Under the pieces are notes generated by a model, which saw only the letters and a list, made by a program, of their open reading frames with translations, ran no database searches and was not told where the DNA came from. A DNA stretch of 64,000 nt, taken from positions 26,352,001-26,416,000 of the forward strand of contig CM059433.1 of the NCBI GenBank assembly GCA_030390025.1. Direction: 5' to 3'. Shown one piece after another: positions 26,333 through 40,205 of this stretch (the first letter of the stretch is position 1; each line of letters begins with the position of its first letter). The translations under genes were made by a program, and so were the position numbers. Origin of the DNA: Squalus acanthias. Taxonomy: Eukaryota.

Positions 26333-26972
26333 AGTATACTGTATTCGCTGCTCGCGATGCAGTCTCCTCTACATTGGGGAGACCAAACGCAGATTGGTGA
26401 TTGCTTTGCGGAACACCTCCGTACAGTTCACAAGCGTGTCTCTGAGCTTCCGGTCGCCTGTCATTTTAATTCTCCGTCCCACTTCCACTCTGACCTCTCT
26501 CTCCTTTGCCCCCTGCACTGTTCTAATGAAGCTCAATGGAAGCTTGAGGAGCAGCACCTCATCTTTCGATTAGGCACTTTACAGCCTTCCAGACTCAACA
26601 TTGAGTTCAACAATTTCAGATCAGAACCACTGCACCCATTTTTCCGGGCAGCAGTTGCTGGTACTGATTCTATTGTCATTTACACCTCCTCTAGACCCAT
26701 CTTTTGTTTCTTTACTTGTCCCAATTCCATCCCCTTTTGCCTTGCACCATCATCCCTTTTGTCTTTTAATCTCTCTTGCCTTCCACCCTATCACAGACCT
26801 TCCCTTTAGTTCTTTCCTCCCCTCCCCCCACTTTCTCTGCCTCTTTACTTGCTTAAAACCTGTCTCTAGCTTTTTTTTAGTTCTGATGAAAGGTCACCGA
26901 CCTGAAATGTTAACTCTGTTTCTCTCTCCACAGATGCTGCCTGACCTGCTGAGTATCTCCAGCATTTTCTGT
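26333..26972 (+). mobile_element. Penelope-like element 3' fragment (GIY-YIG endonuclease remnant plus terminal repeat)
   Basis: VYCIRCSRCSLLYIGETKRRL/GDCFAEHL...PVACHFN...LEEQHLIFRLGTLQP. Confidence 0.88.
26870..26925 (+). ncRNA. Putative minimal hammerhead ribozyme in the Penelope terminal repeat
   Basis: CTGATGA-A-AGGTC(ACC)GACCT-GAAA-TGTTAAC-TC: both core boxes, a 5-bp stem II and a palindromic GTTAAC in the stem III region. Confidence 0.6.
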
Positions 26973-27044
26973 TGGATATATGGCTCTCTACTGCTTCTTC
27001 GGCTAAGTCATTTATATAGTGAAAAGTTGAGGTACCAATATTGA

Positions 27045-28052
27045 TTCCTGGGGGGACTCCACTAAATTATCCCTACTCTCTGTCTCCTACCTCCTATCAA
27101 ATTCCCTACCAATGTCAATAGGTTGCCTCCAATTCCATGTGCTCTCATTTTTATTAACAGTTTCTTGTGTGGAAACTTATCAAATGCCTTCTGGAAGTCC
27201 ATATAAATAATATCCATTGACACTCCCTTATCTATCACTTTACTTACCTCCTCAAAAAATTCAACTAGGTTTGTGAGACATGACTTACCCTATACAAATC
27301 CATGCTGGTTCTCTCTGATCAACTCATATTGTCCAGGTGCTCAGTCACTCTGTCTCTAATAACAGATTCTAGTAACTTCCCTACAACTGTCGTTAGACTA
27401 ATACGCTTATAATTTCTTAGTTCATCTCTCCTACGCTTCTTAAACAATGGAGTGGCATTGGCAATTTTCCTATCCAATTGGAAAATTCCTGTATCAAGAG
27501 TTTTGGAAGATCATGACTAAAGCATCTACAATTTCTTCACCTACTTTTAATACCCTGGGGTGGGAACCATCAGGTCCTGGAAATTTGTCTATCTTTAGTC
27601 TCATTATTTTCTCCATTACCATTTTTTTACTTCTCTTAAATCTAGTAAGTTTTTCCCCTTGATTTAGTTTTAGTTTTCCTCGTATCCCTGGTACTTTATC
27701 CTCATCCTCTACTGTGAAGACCGATACAAGGTAAGCACTTAGTAAGTCTGCCATTTCCTAATTTTGATTTACAATATTACCTGTGGCTGTCCTTACATGG
27801 CCCACATTACTCTTAGCCACCCTCTTTCTCTTAATATACTTGTAAAAACCTTTAGTGTTGTCTTTGATATCGCTCACAAGTTTAATCTCTCCACATAACT
27901 GAATTTCCTCATCCCTGGTACCATACTGGTAAGTCTCCTCTGTACCCTCTCCAAGGCCTTGCCATTCTTTCTAAATTGTGGTGCCCAGAATTGGACACAA
28001 TACTCCAGCTGGGGCCTAACCAGTGATTTATAAAGGTTTAGCATAACTTCCT
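27045..28052 (-). mobile_element. Degraded CR1 ORF2 fragments
   Basis: KFPGPDGSHPRVLK and other CR1 RT-region remnants. Confidence 0.8.
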
Positions 28053-28334
28053 TAATATTCCTGGCTTTTAAAATGTTACTTTACTTCAGACATCTTGGCC
28101 TAGAAACTTAATCGCACCCATGGCACATACTGCACACAACTGTTAGTGTTGTTCCAGATAGGACATAATATTCATCTGCCTACTAATTAGCAGGAGTGAA
28201 GCGTGCAGCCGGTGCTACCCGAGCTATTCATTGACTGCATGCCTGTTTGGTGGGCGGATATCGACCATCTCTAATGCCACTTATAGGTATCCAACACACA
28301 TTTTGGGAGGAAAAATAGGCGAGGCAGTATAAAT

Positions 28335-29025
28335 ATTAATGACCTGGACATGGGTGCAGGGCATAATTTCTAAGTGTGCAGATGACACTAAACTTGGAAA
28401 TGTAGTAAACAATGAGGAGGATAGTAGCAGACTTCAGAAGGACATAGACAGGCTGGTGAAATGGGCAGACACATGGCAGATAAAATTTAATGCAGAGAAG
28501 TGTGAATTGATCCATTTTGGAAGGAAGAATGAGGAGAGGCAATATAAACTAAATGGTACAATTCTAAAGGAGGAACAGAGAGACCTGGGGGTTCACATAT
28601 ACAAATCTTTGAAGGTGGAAGGACAAGTTGATAAAGCTGTTAAAAGCATATGGGATCCTTGGCTTTATAAATAGAGGCATAGAGTACAAAAGCAAGGAAG
28701 TTATAATAAACCTTTTTAAGTCACTGTTAGGCCTCAGCTGGAGTATTGTGTCCAATTCTGGGTATCACACTTTAGGAAGGATGTGAAGGCCTTGGAAAGG
28801 GTGAAGAGGAGATTTATTAGAATGGTACCAGATATAAGCGACTTCAGTTATGTGGAGAAACTAGAGAAGCTGGGATTGTTCTCTTTAGAGTAGAGAAGGT
28901 TAAGGGGATATTTAATAGAGATGTTCAAAATTAGGAAGGGTTTTGATAGAGTAAATAAGGAGAAACTGTTTCCACTAGCAGGAGGGTTGGTAACCAGAGA
29001 ACACAGATTTAAGGTAATTGCAAAA
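28335..29025 (+). mobile_element. CR1 ORF2 3' fragment
   Basis: ISKCADDTKLG...KWADTWQIKFNAEKC. Confidence 0.88.
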
Positions 29026-29807
29026 CATCCAGATCTCTGACCACCCACGATCACCGACCTCCCCCCTCCCACGATCACTTACCCCACTAAGCCCCCCATC
29101 TCTGGCCCGATCTCTCTCCAACCCCCCGCGATCACCCCCGACCCTCCAAGCCACGATGTACCCAGCACCGCCCCCCACCCCCACCAATACTCCACCCCAA
29201 CACCAGAATACCTACCTGCTGCTGGGCTGCGGCCTCTTCTCCCCACCACCGCCACCACCCCCCCCCCCCGCCCCCCGCCACTTGGAAATACCACCCCAGT
29301 AAAGATTGGAGCCATTGTGACCAGTTTTAGAAGCCAACGTTCCTGTTGAAGTATTACTCCAAAATAGTTCAATTCATCACTTTTCTAACCACAGCATCAA
29401 CACCGTTTCTAGTACTGTCAGTTTCTCTTGAGTGCTCTCTAGTTGTCAACTCATAGAGGTAGACTGTATCCAGAGAAAGAAATTCAAGTCTTTCAGACTG
29501 TAATCTTTCCATATACTACCACTGACAATTATCCCATGTTGTTAGTTCCCTTTCACTCACTTAGACAAAAATGTACTTGATTTCAGGCAAGAGGAAATCT
29601 TCAACTGCGTTAGAAACACAGCAATCAGCATAAAATGTTTGCTTTTATCTTCTCCTGGTCATTACAGCTATAGATTGTTGTTTCCCACTCACAGAAACAA
29701 AAAACTGGATCACATAATGGGGCGCAAAGCAAAGATTACCATAACAACCAGCCCGGTGAATCTCATCCCTCCCATATTAATAAGTATAAACTTTTAAAAA
29801 CTAATAC

Positions 29808-29924
29808 AAAATAAAAAGCTGTTAACCTTCAATTCTATATGAATGTGTTGGTCTTTGTTTATCTACAATGTGATACAACACCAACATATTCAGAAAGAAT
29901 TGAAGATTAACAGCTTTTTATTTT
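29808..29924. repeat. Imperfect hairpin with about 45-bp arms
   Basis: AAAATAAAAAGCTGTTAAC...GTTGGT vs ACCAAC...TTAACAGCTTTTTATTTT; 4 mismatches. Confidence 0.8.
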
Positions 29925-31431
29925 TATTTATGACAACTTTGTTTATTTACAATATGATAAAAGTTATCATAAAATATATGTATTTTTTTAGAGATCTTGT
30001 TGAATAATGTACAATTAATGGTAAGAGAGTTTTTTTGCCCTTAACCTGCTACATATAGATTTTGGCTGTGTATTCAGGTAGATTTTCAGATATTCAACAG
30101 GCTAAAGCTTAATATTCTTTCACTGAAAATTCTTTACATGGAACAAGATGAAACTAATTAAATGGTTAATGCATCATTGTATCATAACCTGATTTAAGTA
30201 AGTTTTAAATCTCCATGGTGATGACAGGGTTAATTTTCGCATTTGTATGCATACCTCATTTTACTCTATTCCTTGTACATTTTTTGGTTCTTAATGGTCG
30301 CATTGTAGCACAAGGTACCCTTATTATTTTTACAAATGTTAACTGCATTTATAAAAACAGCCATTAACCTGTACTCGGTTCTTTCAAAGCAATCATTGTT
30401 CATCCAACTTTCCAGTTTCCATTCCTCATGAGGGACTCCAGATGTAATAAGGATTAATGCTTGCTCCATTTGTGCTCTGTCCAACTACTGGAATTTTATT
30501 ACTAACTTCAGCCACTTTTTAACAAACTCATCACTGGTCTACAGTTATCAGGTTTGCAACATCTTAAAATGCAATTAGGTGTCCTGACTTTGGAGGTCTG
30601 ATTTAATTTAACCGTATACCACAAGATGTTTTACAGTTAGGATCTACAAAAAATTGCTGTGATAATTCAAAAAATAATTGAACATTTTCCTCAACTTGAC
30701 AAAGTATTGCCTAATTAGATTGAAACTCATCTACTGTTTGCTGAATGTAGCACCTTGTCAAAAAAAAAACCCACCAGAGTTGCTGCTTGGCCGTTGCAAG
30801 CTCCTTGTCATGGATTACAGGTTCAAAGTACATCTCAGCTAATAGTTTAACATGCATATTTTCATTTGGCTAGGTTGTACCAGTTTTGTCTGGGCAGTTA
30901 AAGGGAGCACTGTGCAATAGTGGAATGCTCCAGTACGGAAGAGAGGAATTCCGCAGGCTTGGTCCTTCCCTTCAGTAGTGAATCTCCCGTGATTATAGAA
31001 CACAGTTAATAGAACCCAAAATCAGCTAAGTAAATGTGACAGTAAAGAGCCATTTATAGCATCATACAGCACAGAAAGAGCCCATTTGGCTTTTTGAAAG
31101 AGCTATCCAATTCGTCCCAGTCCCCTGCTCTTTCCCCATAACCCTGCAAATGTTTCCTTTTTAAGTATTTATCCAATTCCCTTTTGAAAGTTACTATTGA
31201 ATCTGCTTCCACTGTTGTTGTTGGAAGAAAACTGTCGTTGAAGCACAATTAGTTCAAGATGTTTTAGTGCATAATCCTGCCCCTTTAACTCTAGTAGAAT
31301 GCTGTAAAAGTTATGAAATGATAAATAACAAATATTTAATTATAATCAGATTTATACATAACAAGAATTGTCCACATCAGTACTGAGTATGTCAGGTAGA
31401 AATTGGAAATCAAAAAATAGATGTTAGGGAC

Positions 31432-34400
31432 ATCAACCACAACTTGCATTTATGTCTTTAATGTAGTAACATATCCCAAGATGCTTCACAGTACCAGAAA
31501 ACAATAGCAGGAGTTAAAGGAGGTGAGCAAATCCATGATCAAGAAAGTAGGGTTTGAGGAAGGTTTTGAAGGCAGGAAGAGAGGCAGAATGGGAGAGGGA
31601 TTTACAGAAAGCATGCCAAAGTGTGAGGCCAAAGCAGATGAAGGTTTGAAGGTGGAGCAGAGGAAGGAGAGGATGCAAAGGAAATGAGAATGGGAAGAGG
31701 GGATGGTATATGCTGGCATGTAGGGCTGGAGGCAGTCATAAAGGGTAAGGCCCAAGGGGGATTTGCAGATGGGGACTAAGGTTTTGAATTTAATACATTG
31801 GTAGACAGAGAACAATGGAGGCTAATGAGGACGTGAGCAACAGGGAATCAGGATTTAGTGCAGGATGGGATGAAGACAGCAGAGTTTTAAATGAGCTGGC
31901 TGAAGTTTGAGAGGTTGGCAATAGAGTATTGGAGATATTTCGCTTGGAAGTAATGAAACCAAGGATGATGGTTTCAGCAGCAGTGGGGGTGAGCTAGAGA
32001 TTGGGATGTCACTAGAAATAGATGGTATTGATGATGGATAGAATATAGGGATTGAAGCTCACTGTCAGATGCAGCCTAAGAGAATAGTCAGGAAAGGAGA
32101 TGGAATCAGCAGCTAAGTTACAGTGGTTTTGGCTGGAACCAAGCCAAATAGCTTCCATCATACTGAAGTTATGTTGGATAAAATTGTAGACTATCCATGA
32201 CTTAATGCTAGACAAACACAGTGGTGGTCAAGGTGGGGAGGATTGGGGAGGAGCGATCATAATATGATAGAATTCTTCATTAAGATGGAGAGTGAAGTAG
32301 TTGGCTCAGAGACTGGGGTCCTGAATTTAAATAAAGGAAACTACGATGGTATGAGGCGCGAATTGGCTAGGATGGATTGGGGAACATTACTTAAAGGGTT
32401 GACGGTGGATAGGCAATGGCACACATTTAAAGATCGCATGGATGAACTACAGAATTTGTTCATCCCTGTTTGGCATAAAAATAAAACAAAAAAGGTGACT
32501 CAACTGTGGCTAACAAGGGAAATTAGGGATAGCATAAGATCCAAGGAGAGGACATATAAATTGGCCAGAAAAAGCAGCAAACCTGAGGATTGGGAGCAGT
32601 TTAGGATTCAGCAAAGGAGGACAAAGGGATTAATTAAGAGGGGGAAAATAGAGTATGAGAGTAAGCTTTCAGGGAACATAAAAACTGACTGTAAAAGCTT
32701 CTATAGATATGTGAAGAGAAAAAGATTGGTGAAGTCAAGCGTAGGTCCCTTGCAGTCAGAATCAGGGGAATTTATAATGGGGAACAAAGAAATGGCAGAC
32801 CAATTAAATACATACTTTGGTTCTGTCTTCACAAAGGAGGACACAAATAACCTCCCAGAGATGTTGGGGAACATAGGGTCTAATGAGAGGGAAGAACTGA
32901 ATGAAATCAGTATTTGTAGGGAAATGGTATTAGGGAAATTGACGGGATTGAAGGCCGATAAATCCCCAGGACCTGATAATCTACATCCTAGGGCACTTAA
33001 GGAAGTGGCCCTAGAAATAGTAGATGCATTGCTGGTCATCTTCCAAAATTCTATAGACTCTGGAACAGTTCCCATGGATTGGAGGGTAGCTAATGTAACC
33101 CCACTATTTAAAAAAGGTGGGAGAGAGAAAACAGGGAATTATAGACCGGTAAGCCTGACATCGGTAGTGGGGAAAATGCTAGAGTCCATTATAAAAGATG
33201 TAATAGCAGAGCACTTGGAAAACAGTGACAGGATCGGACAAAGTCAACATGGATTTACAAAAGGTAAATCATGCTTGACTAATCTACTGGAATTTTTTGA
33301 GGATGTAACTGGTAGAATAGATAAGGGAGAACCAGTGGATTTGGTGTATTTGGACTTTCAGAAGGCTTTCGATAAGGTCCCGCATAAGAGATTAGCGTGC
33401 AAAGTTAAAGCACATGGGATTGGGGGTAAGGTACTGACTTGGATAGAGAACTGGTTGGCAGACAGGAAGCAAAGAGTTGGAATAAACGGATCTTTTTCCG
33501 AGTGGCAGGCAGTGACTAGTGGGGTACCGCAGGGATCGGTGCTAGGACCCCAGCTATTCACAATACATATTAATGATCTAAACGAGGGAACTAGATGTAA
33601 TATCTCCAAGTTTGCAGATGACACAAAGCTGGGTGGGCGTGTGTGTTGTGAGGAGGATGCAGAGAAACTCCAGTATGATTTGGACAAGTTGGGTGATTGG
33701 GCAGATGCATGGCAGATGCAGTATAATGTGGATAAATGCGAGGTTATCCACTTTGGTGGCAAAAACAGGAAGGCAGATTATTATCTGAATGGCAATAGAT
33801 TGGGAAAACGGGACGTGCAATGAGGCCTGGGAGTCCTTGTGCACCAGTCGTTGAAGGTAAGCATGCAGGTGCAGCAGGCGGTTAAGAAGGCAACTGGTAT
33901 GTTGGCCTTCATAGCGAGAGGATTCGAGTACAGGAGCAAGGATGTCTTGCTGCAGTTGTACAAGGCCTTGGTGAGACCACACCTTGAGTATTGTGTGCAG
34001 TTTTGGTCACCTTATCTGAGGAAGGATGTTCTTGCCATGGAGGGAGTGCAGCGAAGATCACCAGACTGATACCTGGGATGGCAGGAATGACGTATGAAGA
34101 GAGATTGGGACGATTGGGCTTGTATTCGCTAGAGTTTAGAAGAATGAGAGGGGATCTCATTGAAACTTATAAAATTCTAACAGGACTAGACAGACTGGAT
34201 GCAGGAAGGATGTTCCCGATGGCGGGGGAGTCCAGAGCCAGAGGTCACAGTCTAAGGATAAGGGGTAAGCCATTTAAGACTGAGATGAGGAGGAATTTCT
34301 TCACCCAGAGAGTGGTGAACCTGTGGAATTCTCTACCACAGAAGGCAGTTGAGGCCAATTCATTAAATATATTAAAGAATGAGTTAGATATATTTCTTAA

Positions 34401-35400
34401 GGCTAAAGGGATCAAGGGATATGGGGAGAAAGCAGGGACAGGGTACTGAGTTTGGATGATCAGCCATGATCTCATTAAATGGTGGAGCAGGCTCGAGGGA
34501 CTGAATGGCCTACTCCTGCTCCTATCTTCTATGTTTCTATGTTAAGGGTGGTGGTGAAAAGGTGCAAGTGTGTGTCATCAGCTAACCCCATGTCTATGGC
34601 TGATGTCACTAATGGAAAGCATGTGTAGAAAGATGAGGAAGGGGCCAAGGATGGAAGCTTGAGACACACCCAAGGTCAGGGTGCGGGGCAGCAGAGAAGT
34701 CATTGCAGGAGATGTGTTGGCAGTTTTGTAACAGAAAGGAGTAAAACCAAGCAACAGCAGTTCCATGGAGGTGGTCCAAAGTGGCGATATGGTGGAGGAA
34801 GATGGAATGGTTGATCATTTGCAATGCAATGGACAGGTTGGGGAAAACAAGAGTGGCCATGTTCACTGTTACAAAGCATCTCATTGGTGACCTTGAGCAC
34901 GATGATCTTGGTGTTTTGGGTAAGCATGAAAACAGGACTGAAGCAATTTAAACAGGGAGTGATGGGAGAGGTAAGCACAGAGTTGGCAGTGATTAATAGC
35001 TTGAGGGCCTTGGAGAGAAAAGGAAGGTTAGGGATGCAGCAACAGTTAGAGGACAGTAAGTTCAAGGTTAAATTTTTTGCTAAGTGGGTGATGACATCAA
35101 TTTTGATGGGTGGTGGAACAGAACCACAGGAAAGGAATGCAAACAGTGAGGAACCTCAGGCAGTCGAGTTGATAGTCTTGTCCTTCAAGATGAAAAAGTC
35201 CATGAGTTTGTCATACTTGATGTTGGAAGTGAGGATGGAACAAATGAAGGAAGGGGGGTTGAAGAAAAATAGTTCACAATTGTCCCTACTCCCACAGTGG
35301 GAGAACAATGGCCCTGGAGAGAGAAATATAGTATTGTTAAATGTAGTCCACCCAGATCTGATGGTGGACAACCAAGTTGTGCAGCAAACATGCTCAAGTT
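31432..35400 (-). mobile_element. Old L2-type LINE fragment interrupted by a younger CR1
   Basis: IPNLPFLSKAL and GVSQASILGPFLI remnants; L2-type 3' tail (CAACTTGCATTTAT on the + strand) at about 31440. Confidence 0.7.
32243..34542 (+). mobile_element. 5'-truncated CR1 LINE with a long open ORF2 segment (RT domain)
   Basis: 526-aa ORF with KSPGPD, NYRPVSLTS, YLDFQKAFD, GVPQGSVLGP, FADD; stop at 33821 and a frameshift near 34057; (TTTCTATG) tail. Confidence 0.95.
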
Positions 35401-36554
35401 AGCAGCCTTCAGAATTAAATGTAAAATGTACAACATTGGGAATTGTACAAGGGTAATGGCAAAATAGAAAATCAGGAGCGAATTGGATAGGACAACACTG
35501 ATGGAAGCCACAGTGCTGTTCATCAGTGGCAGATATATCTCTTCTAACTCTTATACAAGATTCCTGATCCAGGGTCACATTGAAATTCAATATTATATTA
35601 GCATAAAATGCCCCTTGGTATCCATTTTTAATACACAACATACAAGATATAGCTAATTCACTATCAAATTTTGCATCAGCGTAGTTGTTTTTTATGCAAT
35701 ATTGGTTTTTGTCAAGTACGTTTTTGTTTAGTTTCAATGCCTGATGGAACAATTGAAACCATTGTACAAAGATGTGTTGGTTGGCTATTTTTATCTATAG
35801 TTTATAGAAACCCTGAGCCAAGTAGAATTCAGATGTCAGACAAATATCTTGGTAAACTAGTTATGCATTTATCATAGTTTAGCTGTGTCACAGTGCTACG
35901 GCCAAATGTTCAATTCATTGGTGTACTCATATGCTATGTCATGGACTAGTTGGGCAAGAATCTCTCTCATGATTCCTCACATGAGGATTACCCAATTTCA
36001 TTCTGGAGCAGGAAAATCAGAGGAATAAATAAAAGAGATTCAACTGCACCAACTGCTTAGAACACATTAACAACAAGAGCAGAATTTTCAACAACAACAA
36101 CTTGTATTTATTTTTGTACAAGTTGTTATTGTTTTCAAGTGCAAAGTTTCACGTGTCACACTAACACCCAGCACAGGATTGACTTTGGCAGAATAGATGG
36201 CACCCAAATTGAAGAAATTTCAATTTTACACCTATAAGACTCAATTTTGCGAGTCTTGACAAAATAGGATTGTGCTGGCCCACGGTGCAGCCTCACCTGT
36301 TTTGGCAGCTTAGGGGGTGGGCTGCACCAAACTTTGTAGTGGGAATCCTTCCACCTAAATTGAATAAATTCAATTAATTAAACTGACACAGGAAAAGCTT
36401 GTCCAAAGAGCTTGGCCTGCAGCACACTTTGTTAGGGAGTGTAACATTTGGCAAACCAACACCTCATAAACTGCTGTAGCTTAATGGGAAGGTTGTGGCA
36501 GAAAATTGACTAATTGTTCACAATGGCACAGTGGAGGCACATGGGAACACTACT

Positions 36555-37398
36555 GGGCTGGATTTTGTCAATGGGGATGTGATGGAGGCGGGACTCCCAC
36601 TTTTTGGGTTGTAGTCCCGCCTCCATCGACTTGTGGCCAACCCACTGTATTTTCCCTTGATTGACCTTGTTAAGCCTGCCCAGCGGGCTTAGCAGGCCAA
36701 TCAAGGGTCCTTCGGATACAGTTGATGTCAGCCATTGAAATTTGATCTGTCAAGAGCTTTTGACAGATGAAATTTCAGCGTTTGACAGCTCTGTGAAGCT
36801 GTCAAACACTGACAATATGATTTCTAATGTGAGTGCCTGTACTTAGACTCAGTTAGAAATCAATCCAGCACAGAAAGCAGAGACTGCAGCTTTTGACAGC
36901 TACACGGCCATTCTGCTTTCTGTGCCGGTGAGCTGAGGGACTCCCGAGAACTGAAGGAAGGAAGCCTGCAGGGCAAAGTTAAGGTGAGTACAAGTTCTTA
37001 AAACACTTTACACACACCAAACACACTTACCTCTGCACTCATGCACCCATCACTCACCTGCACACCGGACATCTCGACCCCTCCAAGCCCTCCAGACCGA
37101 CGGTCCGCCTCGCTAAATCGGCATGGTTCGGACCTGTCGGGAAGCCCACACTTCAGGGCTAAAAATAGGGATTAGGCAAAAAACTGCCTGTTAACTACCT
37201 GTTAACAGGCAGTTTATTGGCACTAATCCCCTTCCCACCTCAGGGAGGCAGGTCCCAGCACAGGTCGGGTACCCGCCTCCTGGGAAACTGGCATGGAGGT
37301 GGGTTGGGGGCGGGATGGGTTCGGGACCCCCGAATCTGCTATTTTCCCACCCCACATGCCTCCAAACCCGCCTCCACGGGCCGGTGAAAATTGAGCCC
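36555..37398. mobile_element. Harbinger-family MITE
   Basis: TIRs GGGCTGGATTTT / GGGCTCAATTTT; 3-bp TSD ACT; related to a partial copy at about 14965-15400 and to the TIR at 44642. Confidence 0.8.
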
Positions 37399-39371
37399 AC
37401 TGTCTTTGATGCTGAGGATTTGGACATCCTGCTACAGTAAGCACACCAAAAGGAGGGTGTTCCTATTGAGGGCTGAGGGCTGATGGCCATCCTCGGCTAA
37501 AATCACAGGTGCTAGCTGAATGCAGTGAGGTCACCAATCAAGTCAAATATAGTCATTCCTGCTTTCAGTGTCTATGGATGAGCAGAAAGCTATGGATAGA
37601 GCCAAATTGCCTTTTGGGAAATTGGATGACCTGCAAATCGGTCAGTACATAGGAAAATAAGAATTACTAGACCAAAAAAGATCAAGGTCCACCTAGTTCA
37701 CCTTCTACCATCCTGGTAGTCACATCATACAGTGATAATGGAGTTGTTGACTTATTTTTTAATTCATTCTCGGGATATGGGCATCACGAGCAAGTTCAGC
37801 ATTTATTGCCCATCCCTAGTTGCCCTTGAGAAGGTGGCAGTGAGTGTTCTTCTTGAACCGCTGCAGTTCATCTGTTAAAGGTACTCCCACAATGCTGTTA
37901 GGTAGGAAGTTCCAGGATTTTGTCCCGGCGAAGATGAACAAACGGCAACTAATCATGGCAATCAATATCTAGCAAATAGTTTACAACAGACTCAGACATG
38001 AGGTGAGGAAAGCCCCTGTGATGGAAAGCTTTGGGAACCATAGGTTCAAAGTCACCTGTTCCTCCCAAGCATACTACACTTACCATATGTCATGTCTCAA
38101 ATTACTCATATACTGTCTTGCAAAACATTATTTTCTGAAAGCAATCTATATCATGCTACTCCTACTGGGTATGACAAGGACACGTATCTTCGTACTTCCA
38201 CTACACTTCAGAGGCATAGGCAGTCTCTGATCTATGTCATCTACTGTGGGCTGACTTACAGGCAACTGTCATGGACTGGGATGGCTTTTCCCATAGCTGT
38301 GAAGGCACCATGGCATTTAACTTCAGTGCAACAGAATGCTTCCAGGCCACACAGATAAGCCAGTCTGCAGTTCATATTTGTATAAAATAAGTGGTGATGC
38401 CAAAAAAAAACTCTCCCCGTCAAAGTGTAAGCATATATGCTAAGATGGATACAGGGAACTCAACATTTCTCCAGATGTCATAAAATGGCTTGTACATTTG
38501 CTTCCAGGTACAACAAACCTGGGAGACTGCAAGCAGTTCACCTCAGCTATCTCCAGCAATGCAGCTTGCACTTCTGCTTTAGAAGGTGGATGGCCTTCAG
38601 TGCCCAGCGTACCACTCACTTCTGCTGCCCCTCCTGTCGCATGACCGCCAAGAGATCATTGCTGAGTGTATTTCTTCAACTCTATACTTCCGCAACTCTC
38701 TTTTGGTCAGAAAAAGAGTGCAGTTTGCCTTCACAGTGAGCTTCTAGCTTGCCCGATTTTACGATTCCCAGCCAACCAAAATGCAGGGGCGCGCCCCTCG
38801 TATGCATTTTCCATGCACACGGACCAGACGGAAATGAAGGGGAGGGTATTGCCGCACTAAATTCAGCAAAGCCTCCCTTACCTACTGCTGGCATGGGTAA
38901 GCCCACACCAAGGGTGAGTGCAGCTCTAATTTTGTAGCAATCACAAAACCATGACTAAAAAGTTGAGATGGAGCAAACGTTTTCATACAACAGGATTTAT
39001 TATATCAGTACAGCATAGACTTTGCAAGTTATCGTTCCTGACGCAGAGATTTGCATAACAGGAAATATGGGTGCGGAGGTCAGTGTCTCTCACATCAATA
39101 TCCATCCATTTCCGGTTTAGCACTCCTGGATCAGTTTCATGTGAAGGGAGTCAATATAAGGAATACAGAGCAGAGGTCAGTGCCCACTGCATCATTATCT
39201 GTCCATTAGAATTGGCTGGGACAGCTAGAATATATTACTCTTTTTACATTGTGTGCTCATACGAGTTAGATAAGGAAGAAAAGTTTTTCTACTACTTTCT
39301 CCCTTTATTCCTGCTCCCCTGAAGGCAGGGGGGACAGTTCCATGAGTTGCTTCATGCTGTATTTTATCACT

Positions 39372-39818
39372 TGAGAGATTGAGTAGACTAGGCCTATATT
39401 CCCTAGAGTTTAGAAGAATGAGAGGTGATCTCATTGAAACATACAAAATTCTTACAGGGCTTGACAGGATAGATGCAGGGAGGATGTTTCCCCTGGCTGG
39501 GGAGTCTAGAACCAGGGGTCACAGTCTCAGAATAAGGGGTCGGCCATTTAGGACTGAGATGAGGAGAAATTTCTTCACTCAGAGGGTGGTGAATCTTTGG
39601 AATTCTCTACCCCAGAGGGCTATGGAGGCTCAGTCGTTGAGTATATTCAAGACAGAAATTGATAGATTTTTGAATATTAAGGGAATCAAGGGATATGGGG
39701 ATAGTGCAGGAAAGTGGAGATGAGGAAGAAGATCAGTCATGATCTTATTGAATGGCAGAGCAGGCTCGAAGGGCCAAATGGCCGACTCCTGCTCCTATTT
39801 CTTATGTTCTTATGTTCT
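39372..39818 (+). mobile_element. CR1 LINE 3' fragment
   Basis: LGLYSLEFRRMRGDLIETYKIL...; (TTCTTATG)n tail. Confidence 0.92.
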
Positions 39819-40205
39819 TACTTGTTGTCACTGTCCACAACTGTTAGGGGGGAAAATTAGGTCGCGCCCCATTTGGGGCGCAAATATCGTCTGGACGCAA
39901 ATATTAGCGCCTGGCGCTAATTATCGCCACTGACTGGAAACTTCACTTTTACCGCCCCGGGAGGTGAGTCGAGCGCTAAATCAGGCGCTGCACACCTGTC
40001 TTAAGGCGCAAAGGCCGAGCAGTGAGGCGCTAACTCAGCGCGAGAGCGCAGCGCAGCTGCTGCCAGTTAGCGAGGGAACACAGACACACTGGCGCCGGCC
40101 ACTTCTTAAAGCAGGGGGGGCCAACTTGCTCCCCAGCCACACCCTGCTCATTGCAGCCTTGAATCTCGGCCTGGAGAGACCTGTGAATCCATTTTGCTGC
40201 CAAGG

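Noticed and set aside
29018..29372. Pro-rich and Gly-rich ORFs
   Set aside because: C-rich low-complexity sequence next to a CR1 fragment; no splice or homology support.
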